Both the position numbers and the translations under genes were made by a program. Under the pieces are notes generated by a model, which made no database searches, had not been told where the DNA came from, and saw only the letters and a program-made list of their open reading frames with translations. Below are positions 54,990 to 64,000 of a stretch of DNA of 64,000 nt, piece by piece (the stretch's first letter is position 1; each line of letters begins with the position of its first letter). Source of the stretch: Octopus sinensis (taxonomy: Eukaryota). Location of the stretch: assembly GCF_006345805.1 (NCBI RefSeq), contig NC_042998.1, positions 103,044,001 to 103,108,000 on the forward strand, in the 5' to 3' direction.

Positions 54990-56050
54990 GCGTAGAGCGG
55001 GAGACTGGAACTTTAAGGAGGAGCTACGACCACACACTAGATAGGCTCAGAAAGGATCTCCCAAGCATCATGATATGCCTCGAAGTGAAGGCTACTATAG
55101 GGACCAATCTAAAACCCATAGATTTCCTTGACGTGCCCCTGGTTCTAGAATCTGGACTCTACAAGCCCTTTGGGAAACCAAAAGAGTTGTTTTTACATTA
55201 ACACAGGTTCCTGCCATCCAGCTATAGTGTTTAGGAAGCTGGTTAAGGGTGCTTGCAGGAGAATCTCCAGATTGTTTTCAAGCAAGCAAATCTTTGATAC
55301 TGCTTCCCCGTACTAATACTTGGTTCTTGTTGCCAGCATCTTCAAGGATAATATTAGCTACATGGCAGACCCTAGCCGCCCCCAAGAGAAGGCGTCACCT
55401 GAAAGTACTGTGGTTCACGCCGCCATTCACTTTAAACGTTAATACCGGAGTAGATAAGATCTTCCTCAGCTTAGTTGATGTACACTTCCCCCGTATCAAT
55501 AGATTCAACAAAATATTTAATAGATATACCCTACGATTATCCTTTAGCTGTGCACCTAGCGTAAAAAAAACATTTTAGTAAGCAGGCCCACACCCGAGGC
55601 AGAGGCAGGATACTCATTCAGGGATAACACAACTTCGCCACTGAACGGCAATACGGAGACAGTTGTTTACGAGGCAGACAGTTGTTTAAAAGCAACAGGA
55701 CCCAATGGACAACCGAACGTGCAGAAGTATGTGGGACAACAAAGGCCTTTTCACAACCCGCTTTTACAGTCACAAGTCCTCTCTTTCAACATCACAAAGA
55801 GACGTAACGTCACAACTCTAGCCAAGCACGTTTGGGCTTTGAAAGGAAGCGCCAGTACATTATAAAGTGGAGGTTCTAAAAAAAATGCAAACCGTACTTC
55901 TATAACATCAGGAAGTGTAGGTTATGCCTGGCTGAGAAGAGAGTAATTTTAAAAGATACCCAACGCCTGGATGGATATCTACCTGAATAGCAGGAGTGAG
56001 ATGTTTGATCCAAGCCTACATGAAAGGAAGTACATCCTATCGTACCTTCA
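54990..56050 (+). mobile_element. Penelope-like element 3' half (RT end + GIY-YIG), degenerate
   Basis: IDFLDVPL..GLYKPF, KVLWFTPPF..KIFLSLVDVHFP..KIFNRYTLRLSFSC, VVYEA..KYVG, TTLAKHVW and CRLCLAEK. Confidence 0.85.
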
Positions 56051-56420
56051 CGCCTCGCCATGGCTACAACCACAGGTCCTCTGCCTCAACTCTCTGTCAA
56101 CGACCTTCCAACAATGCTCTTGGGCCCGGTAAAAAGAGTTTGACCAAGGAACACATTAATGCACCCATGTATACACACACATACCCCTGTATACACACCC
56201 GACATACCCCTGCACACAAATTGTACCCCCACACATACACATATCCGCCACCTACACATACACACATTACACATCACACACTCACATTACATACCGCACA
56301 CTAACACAAAAAACTCCCACGACTTTATCCTTTACAGAAAGAAAACAGACCAGCTCAGGTATACACCCATGGAAGCAATTATGCTAACGCCAAGTTTCCG
56401 AGATCGATTCCAGACAGTGA

Positions 56421-56423
<3 letters not shown>

Positions 56424-56492
<69 letters not shown>
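56424..56492. repeat. (AAT)n switching to (ATT)n
   Basis: Directly visible self-complementary microsatellite. Confidence 0.95.
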
Positions 56493-56493
<1 letters not shown>

Positions 56494-56494
<1 letters not shown>

Positions 56495-56642
56495 ACATTG
56501 AAAATACCTTAGAAATGAGAACCCAGGTTCGAAATTTCCCCAAGACACCTGATGAAGGCTGGAGAGTATATCAGCTGAAACGTTGCGTTAACAACAAACA
56601 AGATGAGGACAAATATCCGTCAAATGTAAATAATGTAAATAA
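56494..56642 (+). mobile_element. Hammerhead-bearing mini-element, copy 3
   Basis: GACAC-CTGATGA-A-GGCTG..CAGCT-GAAACGTT-GCGTT at 56544-56589; the core is intact. Confidence 0.75.
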
Positions 56643-57132
56643 GGCGAGATGAGTTTAACCAATTACAGATATATAATCAGTTTCTGCGTTGCATCATCTG
56701 CATAAGAGAAAGAGACAGTATACATTTTCTTACCCCTAACTAATGTCTATGTCGTTCTTAACTCTTGACAAAGAATTTAGTTCTCAATAAAAGAATTTTA
56801 CTGGCTTACTCTGGTAAAGAAAATTAATCAAATGATGGCTTCGTTGTTGTCCATTTGGGAAGGTAAAGTTTATTTCTCTCTCAGTTATATTTGACAGATT
56901 TTGTAATGATTGCTCAAAAATCATTGGTTGAGGCTACAGCTTCATCTGACAGCAGAAACTCAGCATTGATTAGGAGTCTTATTCTTTTAGAGATGCACGA
57001 CACCCACTAAGAATAATAAATGTACGGATGAGGAATAGAAGCTAAGGGTTGTTTATTATAAGGAATGAGCTTTAAGGGAAGTCGAAATTGAGGAGGCAGA
57101 ACACAATTCGTTATGATTAAGCTTATAATCTA

Positions 57133-57703
57133 TTGGGTCGTCCGGAAAGTTCGTGCCGATTTTTAAAGGAAAGAAAAAGGTCAATAAATACTTTGCCATT
57201 ATATTTTTAATCAACCAAATATGAACCATTTTGTTGCACAATGCGTCTCCATCTTTCCTTTAACTTGAAAATATCCTCTTCCCAGAATTGAGGTGGTTTC
57301 ATGGCAAAGAATTCATTCAGCAAGGTATCTTTTTACGTCATCCAAGGAATTGAAATTTTTACCATTAAGACTATTCTGCAGACACCTGAATAAGTGAAAA
57401 TTCGAAGGAGCAATATCTGGTGAATATGGAGGGTGGGGTAACACATCCCAGCCGAGCTGCAGCAATTTTTGTCTGGTTCCCAAAGCATCAAGTGCCGAAA
57501 ATGAACTTTCTTATCTTCCATTTTAAATAGTTACAGAATTAACACAGGCTATAGGAACATAAAACATTCTTCCGCGAAAAGATAGCTTAAACTGTGCTCT
57601 AAATGGAGGTGTAGTTAAATTCTTTTTATGGACTCAACCATGTTCTAAAATAAGTCAAAATGTAAGCTACTATAAACCGGCACGAACTTTCCGGACAACC
57701 CAA
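57133..57703 (-). mobile_element. Non-autonomous mariner, copy 2
   Basis: Same TIRs, TA flanks and internal deletion as 30629-31182, in the opposite orientation. Confidence 0.92.
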
Positions 57704-58598
57704 TATAATGTAGTTAAGTGCGTTTGAAAGTTTTTGATTTCTTGTTTGCTAGGGTTATATATCACAACTATTTCATAATTCAGATAAATTTTTGCAATAT
57801 CTATCTATAGTTTTACTACATACGGTGGTGTTATCTAACAGGTCGTATGCGCTTCTAAGAATAAAATTGCGACCATTTTCACTCTTTAATAATAACTCAA
57901 CCTACGGAAAAACAAAAGAAAATTAGATGCTATTCTCTCCCCTTAAATAGAGTACACAAACACACACTCTCTCTTTCTTTTTTCTCTCTCTCTCCCTCTC
58001 TTTCTTTCCTTCTCTCTCTCCCTCTCTTTCTTTCTCTATCTCCTTCTCTTTCTTCCTCTGTATCCGTTGGGTGGATTTCAAGTGTTATTCACAGAAACTG
58101 ATGGCAAAGTACCATGGTTGGGATTAAATAAAAAGAATACTGATTTAAAATCATCCCGACAGATAAAGCAACAAAAAAATGCAGCGAGAAATTCTTCGTT
58201 TACACCCGCAGCGAACATGCAAGGAGTTGTGTATGGTGCGTAGTGAAACTATTACACAAGGTATATCTATACTGGAACTATTAAAAGAAAAAAGAGTAAA
58301 AATGCGAGTTGTTTAAAAAATGCGTAAGCCGTTTTCTTTCTCCACCTCAAGCTCTCTACACTTCTTTTTTCCAGTGTTAAAAGACAAAATAGCGATCGAT
58401 TTTAATGACTTTAGACTAATCTCAAGTTATGTGATGCTGAGGAGCCGGAACGAGGGCGAATACCGGACAGTTTAATAAAAGAATTATATGGAAATGACGG
58501 ATGCTCTTTTCACTTTTTTCTGTCTCTGGTAATGATTTCTCAACATAAGGAAGAAAGAAACTTAGAAGCAATTTTCTCACCTTAAATAGAACTCCCCC

Positions 58599-58633
<35 letters not shown>

Positions 58634-58753
58634 ACTTTATCTCTCTGACACTTTATCTCTCTACCTCTCTCTACTTCTCTTTCTCCCTCTCTCCCTCTCT
58701 CTCTCGCCCTCTCACCCTCTCTCTTTCTCTCTAACTTTCTCTCTGCCTCTCTT

Positions 58754-58792
<39 letters not shown>

Positions 58793-59164
58793 CTCTCCCT
58801 ATAAATAGCAGTTCCAAATGAACCGACCAAACGAAACTAAGATGTTTATCTAAAATATTTGATATCTTCCGTACATTCGCCTCGTTAGGAGCGTTATAGC
58901 TATAGGAAAGATTTGAAGCAATTATTGTTCGAATTAGAGAAAATTAGTTCTGCGGAAAGTTTCCGTTTCATCTTTGTACTTAATGCCCAACCCGTGATAT
59001 TACTTGTTTCAAGAGTTAGAAAAATCATTTTGAAGGAACTCTCTTCCGACGTGATTACTGGATAAGTAGCGAGTAGGATATAGTAGTTTAATGGAGGACC
59101 AATTACTGAAACTGACTGATAGCATATAGTGCAGGGTAACACACTGAAAATTATATACATACAT

Positions 59165-59380
59165 AGTTAGAGCGATGGACTCACAATCATGAGGTAGGGA
59201 GTTCGATTCTCGAACCGGGTATGTTGTGTTCTTGAGCAAGACACTTTATTTCACGTTGCTCCAGTATACTCAACTCTAGAAATGAGTTGCGACGTCACTG
59301 GTGCCAAGCTGCATCGGCCTGTGCCTTCCCTTGGGTAAAATCGGTGGCGTGGAGAGAGGAGGCTGATCTTCCATGAACAA
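59165..59380 (+). mobile_element. tRNA-derived SINE (family C)
   Basis: GAGTTCGATTCTCG B-box-like motif and a CTTGAGCAAGACACTT core-like block. Confidence 0.75.
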
Positions 59381-59589
59381 CTTTGTCCGAACTTGTGCTA
59401 TGGAGGGGAACATTCTAGGTTCAATCTCATGGTCATTCATAACCGAAAGGGCTCCTTACCCTTATCTACATCCTATGCATATGCATGTATGTGTGTGCTT
59501 GTATGTGTGTTGTGTGTGTGTTTATATATGTATATACGACAAATGCATCTATATATTTATAAATAGAAAACATTACATACATGCGTAAT

Positions 59590-60050
59590 ATTTTTCAAAC
59601 TTCATCGTTACATGAGGTATGATGGAGTGACCAGAATGATCTGGAATAGAATAACAAAGGAGAAAACACCTACTGAGGAAGAAGACTACATAGAGACCGA
59701 TAGGTCAAATTAAAACAGAGTGCGCCAGATATTGCTGTGTGGGATCACAAGAAGATATACTCTGTCGTGGAAATTATCTGACCTCGGGGAAGTAATGTAA
59801 TTCGAAATTACAAGAAAAAGAGGACATTCGTGTATCATTAATAAGGAGTTTGCAAATCCAATACCCAAGATACACTTTCAGCTTCATACCTATTATGATT
59901 GGAGCAACAGGACACATACAAGCCCGTTTGGAATAAAGTATGGCTAAACTTGGGATCTTGAGATGGGAAGGCAAATCCTTAATTCATGCTCTACAAATGA
60001 TCACGATATCAGTGTCTATGAAAATCTTCAAGAGCTCCTTAAGTATAAAA
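59590..60050 (+). mobile_element. RLE-type non-LTR retrotransposon 3' fragment (family distinct from the Dong copies)
   Basis: DGVTRMIW, PDIAVWD and FIPIMIGATG, with stops and frameshifts. Confidence 0.65.
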
Positions 60051-60218
60051 GATAGTAATTAAAACAAGATGCTTTCCTTCAGACCCTTGTTACCAGGTAG
60101 GTGATTGGTTAAAATTATCTCTAAATTAATAAGAGAGAAGTACATACATACACACATTCATACATACATAAACGCACGCACACACACACACACACAGACA
60201 CATATATATATATATATA

Positions 60219-60610
60219 GGCGTAGGAGTGGCTGTGTGATAAGTAGCTTGCTTACCAACCACAGAGTTCCGGGATCAGTCCCACTGCGTGGCACCTTGGG
60301 CAAGTGTCTTCTACTATAGCCTCGGGCCAACCAAAGCCTTGTGAGTGGATTTGGTAGACGGAAACTGAAAGAAGCCCGTCGTATATATGTATATATATGT
60401 ATATCTGTGTATATGTTTGTGTGTCTGTGTTTGCCCCCACCCCCAACATCGCTTGACAACCGATGCTGGTGTGTTTACGTCCCCGTAACTTAGTGGTTCG
60501 GCAAAAGAATAAGTACTAGGCTTACAAAGAATAAGTCCTGGGGTCGATTTGCTCGACTAAAGGCAGTGCTCCAGCATGGCCACAATCAAATGACTGAAAC
60601 AAACAAAAGA
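60219..60610 (+). mobile_element. tRNA-derived SINE (family A, CORE-like)
   Basis: GGCGTAGGAGTGGCTGTG...GGCACCTTGGGCAAGTG...AAATGACTGAAAC. Confidence 0.92.
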
Positions 60611-60887
60611 ATATATATATATTAAAAATTGGAGTTACTCAGCTGGATCTCACTCATAAGGGAATCTTACATTGCTTATAAACTATGTATTTGGAAGGAC
60701 TCATTTTAAACTCTGTTGGACTTTTGGACTTTACTCATGGGATATTGGAATATTGTATATATACAATTATGCCTATAAAATAGATTTACAACTTCAATAC
60801 CAATACATATCTTGCATCTGTTTTCTTTCCTCCACCTCACTCTCTATTTTGTATATCTAAACTATGACTTAACTTTCCTCTCACACT

Positions 60888-60939
60888 GTCTCCGATAAAG
60901 TGATATTATTAATAAATATCCTAGAAACAGCTGTAAGAC
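60888..60939 (+). ncRNA. Degenerate minimal type-I hammerhead motif
   Basis: GTCT-CCGATAA-..GATATT/AATATC..-GAAA-CAGCTG-TA-AGAC: perfect stem I GTCT/AGAC and palindromic stem III ACAGCTGT. The core carries two transitions. Confidence 0.5.
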
Positions 60940-61143
60940 ATCCTATCTATAAATGCTCTATTATCTATACAGCCTTGGTTTTATATTTTATTACGCAAAA
61001 AATTCTTATATACACACGCTGACATAGAACCAACGTTGAACCCTTTATTCGCAATATTACCGAATCTGGAACTTAACTATGGGCTGTCTATAGCACTTAT
61101 TCAGCATTACCTGTGACCTTTGGGTCTCAATGACACTATTATC

Positions 61144-61182
<39 letters not shown>

Positions 61183-61185
<3 letters not shown>

Positions 61186-62520
61186 TTACTTTACTTTGAT
61201 ACTTTGATAGGTTTCGGCCATTATTGGCCCAGGCCATGTCTAACTTAATAGCACCACCTGGTGAAGTCTTTCAAGTCAGAATTTGGGCACTATGGCCCAC
61301 TCAAGTAGAGAGTTATTGTTTACAGAGACATATCCGGGTGTAGGGGGTTTATCCGGGATTTCTTGAAGGAATCTGTCCAAAGACTTCTTGAACCCTATAG
61401 GGTCAGGTTCTGTTTTAATGTGTTTTGGTGTAATGTTAAAGAGAGCGGGGCCAATTGAGGTGAAATAATTGTGCCGTATTGTTGTTATGAGATGAGAGTG
61501 CGATTTTTGTTTTGGGCGGATGGCACGGGGCCCAAGCCTTGGATGTACCTTAAAGGTGATGCCAACATCATTTGGGAATGCTGATGGAATATTTTCCACA
61601 TCATGCAGATGATGTAACGCTCACGACGACGTTGGAGAGAGAAGAGTTTTAGCTTTTCTAGTCGACCCCAATAGTCGAGGCCTGTCATGCCATCTATCTT
61701 TTTTGTGATTGCCTTTGAGGTGCTTCAACTTTTATGATACCTTGTATTGTGTGGGGAGACCACAGTGGACAACAGTATTCAAGGTGGGGTCGGGCAAAAG
61801 TGGAGAAGAGAAGGATAATGGTGTGGATATCTCTCGACTGGAAAGTTCTGAGAATCCAGGAACACATTCTGCGGGCCATGTCAACTTTGGTGTTTATATG
61901 AGTGGCCCAGCTTATGTTGTTGTCCACAATTACTCCCAAGTCTCTGATGTTGTTGGACGCCGCGAGAGTTTCACCTGAAGGAAGGGAGTATGGGAGTTTC
62001 AGGGCATCCTCTTTTCCAAAGTGGATTAGCTCAAATTTATCCTCGTTCAGCAGCATATTGTTTTTTTCTGCCCTTTGGATAACAGCCAGTAGATCTGACT
62101 GAAGGCATGTCCGGTCACTCGCCTCATTTATGACCTTCTGTAGCTTGGAGTCATCTGCAAAGATTTTTATGTTGCTGCTGTGCTTGATGATGTCATTATG
62201 TCATTAATGTAAATGATGAAAAGAAGTGGGCCCAGCACAGTGCCTTGCGGAACGCCACTACTGACTTTGGCTGGCTTGATTTTATTTTACCCCTTCAACT
62301 ACAACATGTTGAGATCTGTCTGTCAGGAAACACTTAATCCATTTCAGTAACTTTCCAGAGACACCAATGTTGGATAGTTTTTTTCAATAGGATCTTGTGA
62401 TCGACCCTGTCGAAGGCCTTACTGAAATCAAGGTAGATGACATCGGTGTTGAAGCCCTCTCCCAAAGCTCTCAAAATGTCCTCAAAGTGATGCAGGAGCT
62501 GCGTTAGGCAGTCCCTTCCA
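61183..62520 (-). mobile_element. CR1-clade LINE, 5'-truncated RT and 3' end, relatively young
   Basis: [41 protein letters not shown] and HLEYCCPLWSP. Short tandem tail (ATCAAAGT)2. (TA)n at both ends. Confidence 0.95.
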
Positions 62521-62542
62521 TATATGTATATGTATATATATA

Positions 62543-62595
<53 letters not shown>

Positions 62596-62832
62596 AATAC
62601 ATACCTATATATATATATATATACATTTTATATATATATATATATAATATATATAATAATAAATATTAGGGATTATATCCAAATTTACAGGGAAAAAAAT
62701 CAGATTTAGGATTAAATCCAATTTTATAGTCAAATATTATAAAATATTATTTGAGACAAAACCACTATTTTGCAAAACAAACAAGGAAAGACTTAATCAT
62801 ACATAAAATTAATAAATAGTCAAAAAAAACCG

Positions 62833-62875
62833 CCACTACAATCGTTTCTTGTCTTGATCGACAATCTTCAGGTGA
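62833..62875 (-). ncRNA. Minimal type-I hammerhead ribozyme motif (left arm)
   Basis: TCAC-CTGAAGA-TTGTC(GATCAA)GACAA-GAAA-C(GATT)G-TA-GTGG. Confidence 0.7.
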
Positions 62876-62925
62876 CTTCCAATATTCAGTTACAATTATG
62901 AAGTTGTAACTGAATTATTGGAAGT

Positions 62926-62967
62926 CCACCTGAAGATTGTCGATCAAGACAGAAACGATTGTAGTGG
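62926..62967 (+). ncRNA. Minimal type-I hammerhead ribozyme motif (right arm)
   Basis: CCAC-CTGAAGA-T-TGTC(GATCAA)GACA-GAAA-C(GATT)G-TA-GTGG; predicted cleavage after GUA at 62963. Confidence 0.7.
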
Positions 62968-63109
62968 CGGTTTTTTTTACTATTTATTAAATTTTATGTA
63001 TTGATTAAGTCTTTCCTTGTTTGTTTTGCAAAATAGTGGTTTTGTCTCAAATAATATTTTATATATATATATATATATATATTATGTATATATATGTATA
63101 TTGTATATA

Positions 63110-63178
<69 letters not shown>

Positions 63179-63201
63179 ATATATATATATAGAGAGAGAG
63201 A

Positions 63202-63610
63202 GGCGCAGGAGTGGTAGTGTGGTAAGTAGCTTGCTTACCAACCACATGGTTCCGAGTTCGGTCTCACTGCGTGGCACCTTGGGCAAGTGTCTTGTACTAT
63301 AGCTTCGGGCCGACCAAAGCCTTGTGAGTGGATTTGGTAGATGGAAACTGAAAGAACCCCTTCGTATATATGCATATGTATATACATATATATATATGTG
63401 TGTGTTTCTGTGTTTCTGTTTGTCCCCCCAACATCGCTTGACAACCGATACGTGTTTACGTCCCCATAACTTAGAGGTTCGGCAAAAGACACCGATAGAA
63501 TAAGTACTAGGCTTACAAAGAATACGTCCTGGGGTCGATTCGCCCGACTAAAGGCGGTGCTCCAGCATGGCCGCAATCAAATGACTGAAACAAGTAAAAG
63601 AGTAAAAGAG
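63202..63610 (+). mobile_element. tRNA-derived SINE (family A, CORE-like)
   Basis: Homologous to 60219-60610, with a (GTAAAAGA)n tail. Confidence 0.92.
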
Positions 63611-64000
63611 AGGGGATATATATAAGTATGGAGAGAGTAAGGAGCAAAGTATGAAAGGCAGAAATATATGCACATTTACCTTCATAAAATCATAGTGAAT
63701 GTATTTTTTTTTCATAAAACTTTCCGGTTCGTTATGATCCCAGCCAATATCAATGCAATGCTTGTGTTATCTTGATGCAAAATTCTAACTTGACTTAGTG
63801 CAGTCTGGTAGATATATTCTTTTTATAGTTTTATCGAACTATTCGTTTCTATATGAGCTTAACAATATCCTGCACAATATATTCAAGAAATATGAAAGAA
63901 TAAAAATCAATAAATTTTATATAAGATATGAAAATATTTTGTGAGGAAACAGTGTTTATAAGCGAAAAGCGCGCTTAAACTGGTACCATATATGCATGTA

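Larger units (their letters stand above)
62738..63063. repeat. ~325 bp palindrome (~160 bp arms, 8 nt spacer), probably Penelope terminal-repeat-derived
   Basis: Arms 62738-62895 and 62904-63063 differ only by a few single-base indels. Confidence 0.92.

Noticed and set aside
58060-58560. Short protein-like frames after a pyrimidine tract (YPLGGFQVLFTETDGKVPW...)
   Set aside because: No recognisable homology and no donor site; the pyrimidine tract is a (CT)n microsatellite.
58799-58808. TATAAATA box after (CT)n
   Set aside because: No downstream initiator or gene, and the motif is common in AT-rich DNA.

Overview
AT-rich, repeat-saturated animal DNA. The SINE families look like those of Octopus/cephalopods (recognition from memory, not a database search). 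No host protein-coding exon, rRNA, true tRNA gene or CRISPR array can be supported, and most ORFs in the supplied track are translations of microsatellites. The window is a patchwork of: R4/Dong-type RLE retrotransposon pieces chained at (TAA)n; Penelope-like (PLE) RT/GIY-YIG remnants; CR1, RTE and L2 LINE fragments; mariner, maT and Tigger DNA transposons; Helitron/Helentron non-autonomous elements; and tRNA-derived SINEs. Two things stand out. (1) At 20.2-24.6 kb there is a head-to-tail array of three minus-strand, pol-less gag/ORF1-like units with a CCHC knuckle. Each starts at TTAGTC and ends in a conserved 105-109 nt GT-AG intron-like segment followed by a polyA signal. (2) At least four distinct families of minimal type-I hammerhead-ribozyme motifs occur in short elements, including a ~325 bp palindrome carrying one intact-looking hammerhead per arm. 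Coordinates were read by eye, and the ends of degenerate elements are approximate.
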